DNA from: an uncultured bacterium
GTDB taxonomy: Bacteria; Babelota; Babeliae; Babelales; Vermiphilaceae
Reading direction: 5' to 3'
NCBI GenBank assembly: GCA_963702025.1
Contig: OY969699.1
Coordinates: 288,001 to 352,000, forward strand
Length of the DNA: 64,000 bases
Part shown: piece by piece, positions 9,158 to 19,612 of the stretch
How the letters are laid out: each line of letters begins with the position of its first letter
Position numbering within the stretch: the first letter of the stretch is position 1
The notes under the pieces: generated by a model
What the model was told of the DNA's origin: nothing
The model's database searches: none
What the model saw: only the letters and a program-made list of their open reading frames with translations
Translations under genes and position numbers: made by a program

Positions 9158-10117
9158 ATGAAGATAGTAATTTTTACTCTTGTCCTATTGGCACCATCGC
9201 CTCTTTATCCCTGTTTTGCCCCGCTCACCTGCGTTAGAAAAATAATAGATCATGGAGCAACGTGTCCGTGCCTCAATCTTGACAATATGCAACGAATTAT
9301 AGATCATCATCATGAAAAAATAATAGATTTTATTAATAAAAAAATTCACACCGAATCCGACATGTTAAAACCTCTACCTATTACAGGATTTCACGCACCA
9401 GCTATTTTTAGTCTCGCCTATAACAATAAAAATAAAGATTTAATAGCACTGCTCCTCAAAAAACGGCCAAAATTAACCAATCTCGTTGAACCGGAAACTG
9501 GCAATACCATTTTTCACACCGCCGCTGAACAAGGTACAAACAAGATTTTGGCAAAATTACTCATCTATGCAAAAGAAAGCAATATACCACTCAATATTCT
9601 TGAAAAAGAAAATAATAATAAACAAACCCCGCTCATGCTTGCCGCCTATTACTCAAGAACGAAATGTGTGAAAGATTTACTCTCCCATGGGGCATCAATC
9701 AATAGTCCTCCCAGCCCGTTACACCGGGCTGCCGTTGGCTTTTTTCGCAGTGAAAATAAACAAAATACAATTATTCTCATGCTCTGCCAAGCAGGAGCAA
9801 ATCTCGATACAAAAAATGAAGATGACTTACAGGCCAATGAACAGCAAAATTGTTCTGCAAATGCTAAAAATTTAATTGCCGAGTATCGCTCTTATCGAGA
9901 CTATAAAAAACTACAAGCACTCGATCTGCCGCCAAAAAAAAGCCGCTTCAGCCGGCTACCATTAGAAATACAGTGTTTGATAAAAGAGTATGTGATTGGT
10001 AAAAAGTATAAACCAGATGAATGGCAAAAACATCGATTTGATTCATTATTGTCATCTGATATTTCATTAAGTGCCAAATTGATCGCAACACTTAATTCAT
10101 TGGAGGAAAAAAAGTAA
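9158..10117 (+). CDS. Exported ankyrin-repeat protein with C-terminal F-box-like motif
   Basis: GNTIFHTAA, QTPLMLAA, SPLHRAA; C-terminal FSRLPLEIQCLIKEYV. Confidence 0.8.
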   Translation: MKIVIFTLVLLAPSPLYPCFAPLTCVRKIIDHGATCPCLNLDNMQRIIDHHHEKIIDFINKKIHTESDMLKPLPITGFHAPAIFSLAYNNKNKDLIALLLKKRPKLTNLVEPETGNTIFHTAAEQGTNKILAKLLIYAKESNIPLNILEKENNNKQTPLMLAAYYSRTKCVKDLLSHGASINSPPSPLHRAAVGFFRSENKQNTIILMLCQAGANLDTKNEDDLQANEQQNCSANAKNLIAEYRSYRDYKKLQALDLPPKKSRFSRLPLEIQCLIKEYVIGKKYKPDEWQKHRFDSLLSSDISLSAKLIATLNSLEEKK

Positions 10118-10119
10118 TT

Positions 10120-10629
10120 CTAAAATGCTTTTTTAATTAACCGCTCAATAGCATCCCTTGAAAATCTGCCTTCTATACGGCCAATTTCAACCCGTTTGTC
10201 AACTAAAAGCACCGTGGGATATTCATCAATCTGCGCCTCTTTGCAAATTGTAGGAAACTTTTCCTCTTCAACCAAAACAATTTTGAGGCGATCTGCATAT
10301 TCGACCGCAAGCTCGCGCAAAAGAGTCCGTTCGGTAACATCTTTTTGATAAAAATAAATAAGAACGGGCAGCGTGCAATTAAGCACCTCCGATTCAAAAG
10401 CAATCTGCGCAGGACTAAAATTATTTATCAAAAAATCAAGATCAGCCGGATCAGAATTTTCCAAAATCTTGCTCAATGAATTTGATTGTAGCAAAGTGCG
10501 TATAATGGTAACCGAATCAGCAAAATCGAAAAGAGGATCGTTGGCCTTTTGAACATTTGAGCTGCAAGAACCAAACGGCAACAAAAATGAAAAATTCAAA
10601 AATAGCCAAAGGTAACTTTTTTTAAACAT
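10120..10629 (-). CDS. Thioredoxin-fold protein lacking CxxC, exported or lipoprotein
   Basis: FESEVL..PVLIYFY, ELAVEY..RLKIVLV, IDEYPTVLL...EIGRIEG match the thioredoxin pattern, but WCGPC is absent. Confidence 0.65.
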   Translation of the reverse strand: MFKKSYLWLFLNFSFLLPFGSCSSNVQKANDPLFDFADSVTIIRTLLQSNSLSKILENSDPADLDFLINNFSPAQIAFESEVLNCTLPVLIYFYQKDVTERTLLRELAVEYADRLKIVLVEEEKFPTICKEAQIDEYPTVLLVDKRVEIGRIEGRFSRDAIERLIKKAF

Positions 10630-10673
10630 TATTATCCTAAATCTTAATACAATCTTGACTTACGAAATCAGAT

Positions 10674-10812
10674 TTACACATCCTGAGTAGAAATCGTCCT
10701 TCGAGATGCAGCTACGCTGCTCCTCAGGATGATCGGAATGATGATGGCGGACATGGCAGCCCGGAGTTTATCCTGAGTTTTTATCGAAGGGGGCTACTCG
10801 CCATGTGTGAAA
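10674..10812. repeat. Composite REP-like palindromic element
   Basis: Contains CCTGAG..CGAAGG units in both orientations; both ends (TTACACATCCTGAGTA / GC.ACTC.CCATGTGT) shared with 46544-46640. Confidence 0.75.
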
Positions 10813-10839
10813 AAAAAATAACACTTATAAAAGGATACT

Positions 10840-11457
10840 ATGAATACCTATAAAAGATTATCTAAAGACCATGCAGCGGTGCTATTCATTGATCATCAAG
10901 CAGGATTAAACACTCTAGTACGAGATTTTTCGCCAGTAGAATTTCGGCAAAATGTACACGCACTGATAGATTTAGCAAAATATTTTAAGCTGCCGGTTGT
11001 TTTAACAACCAGCTTTGAAGATGGCCCTAACGGCCCTCTCATGCCAGAAATTAAAGCAGCATTTCCTGATGCACCTTATATCGCACGACCTGGCCAGATC
11101 AATGCCTGGGACAATGAAGACTTTGTAGTGGCAGTAAAAAAAACCAGCCGCAAACAACTTATTATCGCAGGAATTACCACCGATGTCTGTGTCACCTTTC
11201 CCACACTCTCGGCACTTGAAGCTGGTTATGAGGTATTTGTGGATGTGGGCGCATCAGGCACCTATAGCGATATCGCACGCAATGCCGCATGGACCCGTAT
11301 GGTGAGTGCAGGCGCTCAAATGATGACCTGGTTTAGTATGGGCAGTGAATTACAACGTGATTGGCGCAATGATGCCAAAGGATTTGGTAAATTAATGGCA
11401 GAAAATCAACCCGCATACCAGTATCTAATGACAAGTTTCAACGCTCAGAAAAAATGA
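10840..11457 (+). CDS. ycaC: Isochorismatase-family hydrolase (YcaC-like)
   Basis: IDHQAGL, TTSFEDGPNGPL, RPGQINAWDNEDFV, TDVCVTFP, ELQRDWR. Confidence 0.9.
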   Translation: MNTYKRLSKDHAAVLFIDHQAGLNTLVRDFSPVEFRQNVHALIDLAKYFKLPVVLTTSFEDGPNGPLMPEIKAAFPDAPYIARPGQINAWDNEDFVVAVKKTSRKQLIIAGITTDVCVTFPTLSALEAGYEVFVDVGASGTYSDIARNAAWTRMVSAGAQMMTWFSMGSELQRDWRNDAKGFGKLMAENQPAYQYLMTSFNAQKK

Positions 11458-11466
11458 TTGTTCTTC

Positions 11467-12654
11467 TCACTTAATTTTATAAATACGATGCTTGCCTACC
11501 TTTATAACTGATCCGGGTTTTGGGTGCACCGTTGCTTTAAACTCGGTGATGGCAACACCATCAATGTGCACTGCTCCCGATTCAATCAACCGCTTGCCTT
11601 CAGATGAACTAGGAATTGCTTTGAGTAGTTTTAAAAGATCAATTATCCACAGCGGCTCATAGTTTGCCAGAGGAACTTCTTGGGCCTGTGAATAATCTTT
11701 CTTTTGAAACAATGCCTCAAAATTAGCTTGAGCTTCACCAGCTTCTTTTGGTGACCAAAAACGGGCAATAATGGCATGAGCCATATTCTTTTTGAGATCC
11801 ATGGGATGCATGGATCCTTCGTGCACATTTTTTTTAAATGCTTGAATGTCATCGTTCGTCTTATACAATAAAATGTGCATATAGTGCCACATCAAATCAT
11901 CGGAAACCGACATTAATTTACCATAGGCTTGAGCAGCAGGCTCAGCAAGGCCAATCGCATTGCCCAAAGATTTGGACATTTTTGGCCCACCATCAAGACC
12001 TTCCAAAAGCGGTGTGGTAACAATTACTTGCGGCTCTTGATTGTAATGCTCTTGCAAATAACGGCCCATGAGCAAATTAAATGTTTGATCGGTGCCGCCC
12101 AACTCAATATCCGCTTTTAAGGCAACTGAATCATATCCCTGAAATAATGGATACAGCAATTCATGAAAACTGATCGGTTGATTTTGTTCCATACGGTTTG
12201 CAAAATCTTCCCGTTCTATCAAACGCGCAAGCGTAACCTGCGCGCAAAGCTTGATCATATCTTTGATGCTCAGCGCATTGAGCCACTCAGAATTATAGAC
12301 CACGGTTAACTTTTTAGGATCCAAAATTTTTGAAACCTGATCAAAATAGGTTCTCGTATTTTTTTCAATTTCAATTTCCGTAAGTGGTGGCCGCGTTTTT
12401 GATTTACCGGTTGGATCACCAATACGCGCAGTAAAATCACCGATAAGAAAAATTACATCGTGGCCCAAATCTTGCAGTTGCTTCATCTTTGAAAGAACCA
12501 CCGCATGCCCTAAATGCAAATCAGGAGCCGTTGGATCCATGCCGAGTTTGATGCGGAGCGGTATGCCTCGTTCTAATTTTTTTATCAAATCGGCTTCAGG
12601 AATCACCGCGGTAGTGCTTGATTTGATGATCTCTAATTGTTTTTTAATTTCCAT
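11467..12654 (-). CDS. tyrS: Tyrosine--tRNA ligase
   Basis: [27 protein letters not shown]-terminal S4-like domain ending VGKHR. Confidence 0.97.
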   Translation of the reverse strand: MEIKKQLEIIKSSTTAVIPEADLIKKLERGIPLRIKLGMDPTAPDLHLGHAVVLSKMKQLQDLGHDVIFLIGDFTARIGDPTGKSKTRPPLTEIEIEKNTRTYFDQVSKILDPKKLTVVYNSEWLNALSIKDMIKLCAQVTLARLIEREDFANRMEQNQPISFHELLYPLFQGYDSVALKADIELGGTDQTFNLLMGRYLQEHYNQEPQVIVTTPLLEGLDGGPKMSKSLGNAIGLAEPAAQAYGKLMSVSDDLMWHYMHILLYKTNDDIQAFKKNVHEGSMHPMDLKKNMAHAIIARFWSPKEAGEAQANFEALFQKKDYSQAQEVPLANYEPLWIIDLLKLLKAIPSSSEGKRLIESGAVHIDGVAITEFKATVHPKPGSVIKVGKHRIYKIK

Positions 12655-12741
12655 TATCGGTGGCTCACTTTTTGTTTAGTTCATTCAAATTCTTTCTAGA
12701 ACCGCAAGGCTTCGCAAGCCAGAAAAGCATAAATAGTTATT

Positions 12742-13311
12742 TTATGGCTTGCAAACATGTTTTATTCTTTCTTGCAAAGGAATATAAGGATCATTTTTTT
12801 CATGAAGTTCTAAGGCAAGAGCTTTTTTTATGTCTTCCGGACTACCTGTGAGCCATTGCGTTTTATAGAAATTTCGCATTGCTAAATACCCCTTTATCCG
12901 ATCTAGTATATAGGTATGCGCCAGTTGACCGGGAACGTTAAAATCATCACCAACTACAAACTCGCTATAAGATACGAGCTGCATGTAGAATTTATCCCGC
13001 TGCGTTAATTGGGATGCGTCAGGCAATTTAGCTTTCGCTTCCATAACCTCATTAAATTCGTTCTTTCTGAATACTTCCATTGTTATTTTATCAGCATCAA
13101 TCAATATTCCACGCGCTTTTTCAAGGGATAGCTGATGTTTTTTATCCGGTGTTTCATAATTTTGCACGATGACATTTTTATTAATTTCAATAAATTCTGC
13201 TGCCATATAGCATTCAAGAAAAGAAGTTTTTTCTTCATATTCTTTTTCGGGCACTTCCATACCAATACAATTTATGCTGATTACAACAAAGAGTGAAAAA
13301 AGTTTCTGCAT
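12742..13311 (-). CDS. Hypothetical exported protein
   Basis: Start reassigned to MQKLFSLFVVISINCIG-MEVP (signal peptide followed by ME). Confidence 0.65.
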   Translation of the reverse strand: MQKLFSLFVVISINCIGMEVPEKEYEEKTSFLECYMAAEFIEINKNVIVQNYETPDKKHQLSLEKARGILIDADKITMEVFRKNEFNEVMEAKAKLPDASQLTQRDKFYMQLVSYSEFVVGDDFNVPGQLAHTYILDRIKGYLAMRNFYKTQWLTGSPEDIKKALALELHEKNDPYIPLQERIKHVCKP

Positions 13312-13318
13312 GAATTCC

Positions 13319-13996
13319 TTACAAAAGATGTAATAGGGTTGCAAGTAAATAACCACCTTGATGGATTACATTATAAACAAAGTTTAAGAGCACACTTCCA
13401 AAAATAAAATAGAATAATAATGGCACCAGTACCATAATAATATTCGTATAATGCAAATAACTAGGATTTTTTTCGGCCAGATACATAATACCAAGCCCAC
13501 ACATATTCACCAAAAATGAAACCACGGCGAGCATAATATTTACGCCAAACATGGCAATAAGAATAAAGGCAATCGCAAGAGTATACGAAGAACTTTCAGG
13601 AAATGCAGTAAGAATGGAGCCTGCGGCAAAAATACGAGCGCCAAATAGAGCAATTAATGCGAGTAAAGAAAGAATTCCCAAAATTAAAAACCAAAATGTT
13701 TCGGTTAAATAGGCAATCAGAATTTTAACAATGCGGAATCTTCCATGCATATTTAATGGATTAATCGGCACAAATCGTGACCAGCCAAATCTATAGAGCA
13801 TCAAAAACAATGTACCCAAAGGATCCACATGGGCCAATGGATTGAGGGTTAAAAAGCCTTCTTGCTCGGGGGTATCATCCCCCAACTTCAGCGCCACCCA
13901 GGCAGTAAAAAAGCCGGCAAAAGTGATAGAGATAACATAGGCAATAAGGTATGCCATTTTACTAATAATAAATTCGGCTGTAGGGACATTAAGCAT
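13319..13996 (-). CDS. Site-2 protease (M50) homolog lacking the HExxH motif
   Basis: AWVALKLGDDTP..EGFLTLNPLAHVDPLG and FGWSRFVPINP are typical of small M50 proteins; multiple TM segments. Confidence 0.75.
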   Translation of the reverse strand: MLNVPTAEFIISKMAYLIAYVISITFAGFFTAWVALKLGDDTPEQEGFLTLNPLAHVDPLGTLFLMLYRFGWSRFVPINPLNMHGRFRIVKILIAYLTETFWFLILGILSLLALIALFGARIFAAGSILTAFPESSSYTLAIAFILIAMFGVNIMLAVVSFLVNMCGLGIMYLAEKNPSYLHYTNIIMVLVPLLFYFIFGSVLLNFVYNVIHQGGYLLATLLHLL

Positions 13997-14156
13997 GGAG
14001 TTTTCCTTTATAGCTAATACAGCTAGTGTAAAAGAAATGATCTGGTGGGTCAAATGGGCTTTTTCGGGTATTTTGACCCAAAAGAACTAAAAGATTACAA
14101 TAGAATAAAAGCCTAAAATCTTAAATCAAAAATTCACACCTTAAAAAAAGCACATT

Positions 14157-16619
14157 ATGGATAAACAGTATAATCATCAGATCGCCCAGCAGGATGCCCG
14201 CATCAAATGGCACAAAGAAAAGATCTATAGCACTGCCAATAATCCCGGACAACTCTATAGCATCGACACGCCCCCTCCCACAGTCTCGGGCAATCTGCAT
14301 ATTGGCCATATTTTTTCCTACACCCAAACCGATATTTTAGCCCGTTTTGCGCGCATGAGCGGCTACAGTGTTTTTTACCCTTTTGGCTTTGATGATAATG
14401 GATTGCCAACCGAACGCTACGTAGAAAAGAAATTGGATGTTCGCGCGCATACCATGCTCCGCTCAGAATTTATAAAACTGTGCCTTAAAGAAACACAGGC
14501 AGTTGAAGAAGAATTTAAAGATCTTTGGCAACGCATGGGCCTTTCTGCCGATTGGGATCATTGCTATTCAACTATTTCCGATTCTACCCGCAAAATATCC
14601 CAAGAATCATTTTTGATTTTATTAAAAAAGGGATACGCCTATCGCAAAAATGAGCCGGCCCTTTATTGCACCACCTGCCGCACCAGTGTGGCCCAAGCCG
14701 AACTTGATGACATTGAAAAACCATCTTTATTTAGTGATATTATTTTTAAAGATGCACAGGGCAACAATTTGCTTATTGGTACCACACGGCCTGAATTGCT
14801 ACCTGCCGTTAATGCCCTCTTATTCAATCCGGCAGATGAGCGCTATAAACATTTAAAGGGTACTCATGCCACTGTGCCGCTCTTTGGCCAAAAGGTTCCT
14901 ATTTTAGAAGATGATAAAGTGCTTATTGATAAAGGAACCGGTCTTGCGATGACCAGTACGTTTGGTGATAAAACGGACGTTGAATGGTTTAAAAAGCATC
15001 AGCTTGAATACCGCCCCATGATCGGCCTTGATGGCAAAATGGTAGAAAAAGCGGGAATTTTAGCCGGCCTTACCGTTGCGCAGGCCCGCGCCAAAGCGCT
15101 TGAGGAATTAAACAAGGCGGGATTGTTAGTATCTCAAAAATCGATAACTCATGCGGTTAACGTTCATGAGCGCTGTAAAAAAGAGATTGAATATGTGATG
15201 CTTCCGCAATGGTTTTTAAATATCATTGATCATAAACAGAAATTTATCGAGCTTGCTGATAAAATTAATTGGTATCCGGCTCATATGAAGCATAGATATG
15301 TTAACTGGGTAGAAAATATCGGGTGGGATTGGTGTTTGTCGCGTCAGCGATTCTACGGCATCCCCTTCCCGGTCTGGCATTGCAAAAACTGCAATTATGT
15401 TATTACTCCCTCAATAGATCAACTGCCAATTGATCCACAAGAAACTCCGTATAAAGGCAGCTGCCCCGAGTGTAAAAGCACCGATATTGTTCCGGATACT
15501 GATGTTATGGACACCTGGAATACATCATCATTAACGCCTTATATTTGTTATGCGGAATATAATAAGAACGCAAAATCCGTGTTCGAGTCCTCTGAATTCT
15601 TCCCCATGTCCATGCGTCCGCAAGCGCATGACATTATCCGCACTTGGGCATTTGATACGATTGTAAAATCATGGATGCATCAGAATGACATTCCATGGCA
15701 CAACATTGTTATTTCCGGCCATGTGCTTTCGGATGCAAAAGAAAAATTATCCAAATCCAAAGAAAATGCCTCAACGTCCCCTCAAGGTTTGTTGGAACGC
15801 TATCCGGCTGATGTTATTAGATATTGGACAGCATCGGGCGGCCTGGGCAATGATATAGCATTTTCTGAAGCACAACTTAAAATTGGTCTGCGATTGGTTA
15901 CCAAAATTTGGAACGCCTTTCGCTTTATTCATGAGCATGTGAGCATCGTTGCCGTTGAGCAACCCTCAACGCCATTAGGCGTCACCAATGAATGGCTCTT
16001 GCACTCGGCAACGCAAGCATTTAACCGGTACACTACGTATCTCAATCAAAATGAATTCAGTCTTGCTCTTGATGCTGTGGAAAAATTCTTCTGGCACAAT
16101 TTTTGCGACAATTATTTGGAATTAATCAAGGATCAATTATTCAATCCGGATAAGTATACCGAATTTGAATTAAAGGCAACCCGCTGGACGCTCTACCATG
16201 TTGGCTTGCGCATTCTGCAAATGTACGCGCCTTATTTGCCCTTCATCACCGAAAATATCTATGGCATAATCTATCATAAGCAAACAGGCATTTCATCATT
16301 GCATCAAACAAAATATGCAAATATCCAACAAAATTATTTGTTTGAAGAAAGTGCAGCGCTCATGGAAACAATTATTGAGATAATTGCACAGGTACGCAAA
16401 TTAAAAACAGAAAAACAACTTTCGCTTAAGGTGCCGCTGGCAAGTTTGACTATTTCCAGCAGTGATGAGCATCTGTTGCACAAAATAGAAAATCAAATTC
16501 CGCTGTTGCGCGGCGTTGCTCATGCAGAAAAATTTGTGTTTAAAACACAAAAAAGTGTCAGTGCGATTCAAGAAATTGAAGCTACCTGGCACATGCAGGT
16601 GCATATAGGAAAAGAATGA
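14157..16619 (+). CDS. valS: Valine--tRNA ligase (type 2, archaeal/rickettsial-like)
   Basis: IDTPPPTVSGNLHIGH, FDDNGLPTER, DWCLSRQR, RPQAHDIIRTW, KLSKS. Confidence 0.95.
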   Translation: MDKQYNHQIAQQDARIKWHKEKIYSTANNPGQLYSIDTPPPTVSGNLHIGHIFSYTQTDILARFARMSGYSVFYPFGFDDNGLPTERYVEKKLDVRAHTMLRSEFIKLCLKETQAVEEEFKDLWQRMGLSADWDHCYSTISDSTRKISQESFLILLKKGYAYRKNEPALYCTTCRTSVAQAELDDIEKPSLFSDIIFKDAQGNNLLIGTTRPELLPAVNALLFNPADERYKHLKGTHATVPLFGQKVPILEDDKVLIDKGTGLAMTSTFGDKTDVEWFKKHQLEYRPMIGLDGKMVEKAGILAGLTVAQARAKALEELNKAGLLVSQKSITHAVNVHERCKKEIEYVMLPQWFLNIIDHKQKFIELADKINWYPAHMKHRYVNWVENIGWDWCLSRQRFYGIPFPVWHCKNCNYVITPSIDQLPIDPQETPYKGSCPECKSTDIVPDTDVMDTWNTSSLTPYICYAEYNKNAKSVFESSEFFPMSMRPQAHDIIRTWAFDTIVKSWMHQNDIPWHNIVISGHVLSDAKEKLSKSKENASTSPQGLLERYPADVIRYWTASGGLGNDIAFSEAQLKIGLRLVTKIWNAFRFIHEHVSIVAVEQPSTPLGVTNEWLLHSATQAFNRYTTYLNQNEFSLALDAVEKFFWHNFCDNYLELIKDQLFNPDKYTEFELKATRWTLYHVGLRILQMYAPYLPFITENIYGIIYHKQTGISSLHQTKYANIQQNYLFEESAALMETIIEIIAQVRKLKTEKQLSLKVPLASLTISSSDEHLLHKIENQIPLLRGVAHAEKFVFKTQKSVSAIQEIEATWHMQVHIGKE

Positions 16620-17068
16620 TCAGTATCCGCACTACGCAAAGAAAAATAAAAGTAAATATTGCGCAGCTTAAAAAAGATGCGCAATATATTCTTGATGCAT
16701 TGGGGTATTCTGATTTTGATCTGGGCATCTGGCTGGCCAGCAACAAAACCATTCACCGTTACAATAAAGAATATCGGCACCAAAATAAACCGACCGATGT
16801 ACTTTCATTTCCCTATCACACAGATCTCAAGGCCGGACAAAAAATCACGGTAAAAAGTGATGAAGATAAAAATCTGGGCGATCTTATTATTGCGCCGGAA
16901 TATGTGATGAACGATTTGCCCAAGTGGAACACAACCTTTGAAAAACATCTGCAACGGCTCCTGGTTCACGGTATCTGCCATTTACTTGGTTACGATCATA
17001 TTGAAGACGAAGATTATAAAGTTATGCACAAAAAAGAAATGTTTTTGTTGAAAAAAATACAAAAATAA
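16616..17068 (+). CDS. ybeY: rRNA maturation endoribonuclease YbeY
   Basis: YRHQNKPTDVLSFP, LGDLII, HGICHLLGYDH. Confidence 0.95.
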   Translation: MISIRTTQRKIKVNIAQLKKDAQYILDALGYSDFDLGIWLASNKTIHRYNKEYRHQNKPTDVLSFPYHTDLKAGQKITVKSDEDKNLGDLIIAPEYVMNDLPKWNTTFEKHLQRLLVHGICHLLGYDHIEDEDYKVMHKKEMFLLKKIQK

Positions 17069-17132
17069 TGCATAACTATACTAATTCTTTTGACTCTCTC
17101 AACATTTGCTTTGTAAATAAGGGACTATATTA

Positions 17133-18020
17133 ATGTTGAAATTAAATTACGTTTCCTCTCTGGGCGTAGCACTAAGTATTTATTCTTTGAGCTATACAAT
17201 GGAAGTACCGCGGATTAAGGGGCAACGCCAAATGCATCTTCAAGAAATATTGAATAATGATGCAATGAGGAGTTTTGAGAGATTTCCAAACTATAGTTAT
17301 TTTGCTCTTCCTTTAAATATCGATCAAAATGCTCTTTCAAAAATTATACAAAGTAAGAACAAAAAATCTGAGGATATAACTTATTCTACACAAATCGCGC
17401 AAGGCAAAACCGTTAATGATGAGTTAAAAGCACAAACAAATAATCCTGGTGAATTTGTTGCGCCATTTGGCTCAGCAAGCCCTGTAGCTGTGATTACAAT
17501 TTCTACATATGGTATTTGCCGGCACAAAGTTTTCATGCCACTTACTGATTCCGTCGACCTAACTAAAAAAGCTCTTGATACTCAACTTGGTAGAAGATTT
17601 TCCTACATTGAAGATAAGTCAAAAAATGTTAAAGAAGAACTATATGCGCAATATGGCGACCAAGTTAAAAAAAATTTAGAGAGCTTTAAATCAATGCTCT
17701 ACCTCAAAGTGTTACCATCGGTCGCGTATTCAGTGGCCCAACATATTACTAAAGATATAGTTACCGGCGCAGCAGAGTTTCTCAGTTATCCAAAAATACC
17801 TACCTCTCACCCGGTGTCTGCGCAAGAAAAAGAGAAACAAATTACTTCAATCCGGGCCATGAAAGATGTAGCGATTGCTACAAGTAACTTAAAGAGACTT
17901 AAAGCCTTGAAAAAAAATGATAACCCACAAATTAAAATTCTTGAAAAAAAATTTGAAAGTAATTTTTGTCAAACTTTTGAAAAATATATTCACACTCAAT
18001 ACAGTAGCAGGAACATATGA
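17133..18020 (+). CDS. Hypothetical exported protein
   Basis: 295 aa, signal peptide followed by MEVP. Confidence 0.65.
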   Translation: MLKLNYVSSLGVALSIYSLSYTMEVPRIKGQRQMHLQEILNNDAMRSFERFPNYSYFALPLNIDQNALSKIIQSKNKKSEDITYSTQIAQGKTVNDELKAQTNNPGEFVAPFGSASPVAVITISTYGICRHKVFMPLTDSVDLTKKALDTQLGRRFSYIEDKSKNVKEELYAQYGDQVKKNLESFKSMLYLKVLPSVAYSVAQHITKDIVTGAAEFLSYPKIPTSHPVSAQEKEKQITSIRAMKDVAIATSNLKRLKALKKNDNPQIKILEKKFESNFCQTFEKYIHTQYSSRNI

Positions 18021-18610
18021 ATACTATTAAATATTTTATCTTAGCAGCATGTTTGGCTCAAAGCTCCATCAGCACATGTGTGCAAAATGAGGCAGAACTG
18101 CATCAAAAAATTGCCGAGCACATTCTGCGCGGACAAATCAAAGAAGCTTTACTCATGGCGGGTGTGTCAGTTGGCATTGGAGTGACTACCGGCGTTGCTT
18201 CATTTTTAGCAATCGAAGCATATAAAGCAACAAAAAATCTAGGGCACCGTCTCATCTATGGTCCAAGCTTACAAGATCAAATCATTGAACTACAGATGGA
18301 TAAAAACCGTCAAGCATATGAAGAAAAAGAAATTGCGCTAGCCTTTGCCCGGTTAAAATTAGAAAAAGAAGGCATTGCAACCTATGTATCTACGATGAAA
18401 ACAAATATTCAAGAAGCATCTCCGGAAGAGAAAGCTAGCATAGAAAAAAAATTGGTAGAAAATCTTAAATTGATGGCTGAAGCTCAGCGCAATCGAGTTT
18501 TGGGAGCACATCGAGGTGCCACGCCAATGGCTCCTTCATCAAATAATGTCACACAAGAAGAACAAGAAATAGTAGATGGCAGATCTCGTTTGTTGCAATC
18601 AGCCGCTTAA
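18017..18610 (+). CDS. Hypothetical exported protein with an internal Gly-rich hydrophobic segment and coiled coil
   Basis: ATGA overlap with the upstream gene; AGVSVGIGVTTGVASFLAI segment. Confidence 0.65.
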   Translation: MNTIKYFILAACLAQSSISTCVQNEAELHQKIAEHILRGQIKEALLMAGVSVGIGVTTGVASFLAIEAYKATKNLGHRLIYGPSLQDQIIELQMDKNRQAYEEKEIALAFARLKLEKEGIATYVSTMKTNIQEASPEEKASIEKKLVENLKLMAEAQRNRVLGAHRGATPMAPSSNNVTQEEQEIVDGRSRLLQSAA

Positions 18611-18620
18611 AAAAATATTT

Positions 18621-19223
18621 TTAAGAAGTCCGTTTGGCTAAAAATGCGAGCGCTTGACGCACGAGTTGGTCAAATGCTACGGAACTTTGTGGATATTGTT
18701 CATTAATATGATTCATGGCGGCAGCAATTTCTTGGCGCGAATAATTGAGAGATTTGAGCACCTGAGAAATTTCATGCCGCTTTTCTAGCGTTGGCGACGA
18801 GCCAATATCTGCACCACTTTCAATCAGTTTTGCAACTTTATGTTTGAGCTGCACAATAATCTGTTCAGCTTTTTTTGCACCAATACCGCTCACGCTGCTC
18901 AATGCATCTTCATTGCCCGTTTGTACCGCGTCCAAAAATTCTGATGCTCCTAGTTGACCCAAAACAGCCATCGCCAATTTTGGCCCGAGCCCAGAACAGC
19001 TGGTGATCATAAGGAACACCGATTTTTCTAAACTTGTTTTAAATCCAAATAATGCCGGACCATTTTCTTGGTTCCAATGCATATGGACCAACAGTTCAAC
19101 TTTTTGTCCAAGAGAGAATAAAGAAGGTTGCGGAACTTGGAGGGCAAATCCTATGCCACTATTTTCCACTGTCAGCATTGATTCTTGAATGTCTTTAATG
19201 GTGCCGGCAAGAGTATTGATCAT
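18621..19223 (-). CDS. ruvA: Holliday junction DNA-binding subunit RuvA
   Basis: LFGFKTSLEKSVF, SGLGPKLAMAVL, VSGIGAKKAEQIIVQLK HhH motifs. Confidence 0.93.
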   Translation of the reverse strand: MINTLAGTIKDIQESMLTVENSGIGFALQVPQPSLFSLGQKVELLVHMHWNQENGPALFGFKTSLEKSVFLMITSCSGLGPKLAMAVLGQLGASEFLDAVQTGNEDALSSVSGIGAKKAEQIIVQLKHKVAKLIESGADIGSSPTLEKRHEISQVLKSLNYSRQEIAAAMNHINEQYPQSSVAFDQLVRQALAFLAKRTS

Positions 19224-19318
19224 TTTTAATTCCTGTTAACAAACTTTTTTTCAGTAAACCTTAATTGGGCCCTAAAGACAAGATCTTGGCAATATTTAAC
19301 CTGAGCACAGGTTCTTTA

Positions 19319-19347
19319 TTGACAAAAGCCTATCTCATGGATACATT
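19319..19347 (+). promoter_or_regulatory. Probable sigma70 promoter of tRNA-Gly
   Basis: TTGACA-17 nt-TACATT about 22 nt upstream of the tRNA. Confidence 0.6.
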
Positions 19348-19369
19348 TGGACTGTTACTCTTGAAATAC

Positions 19370-19445
19370 GCGGGAATAGCTCAATTGGTAGAGCGTTGCC
19401 TTGCCAAGGCAAAGGTCGCGGGTTCGAGTCCCGTTTCCCGCTCCA
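19370..19445 (+). tRNA. tRNA-Gly (GCC)
   Basis: 76 nt, GCGGGAA/TTCCCGC acceptor stem, anticodon loop TTGCCAA, GTTCGAG T-loop, encoded CCA. Confidence 0.97.
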
Positions 19446-19612
19446 GTCTACGCCTACGCTGGTTAGACTTCGAAGTATAAACACGGCTACGCCTGGCTTT
19501 GCCAGTTTTTTAAAGGAAATACCTATAAAGTTTAAGAGTGGGCTAGACTGTACACCCTCGGATACATCTATGAGACATAACAACATATTTAGACAGGAGC
19601 AACAGGTAAGTT

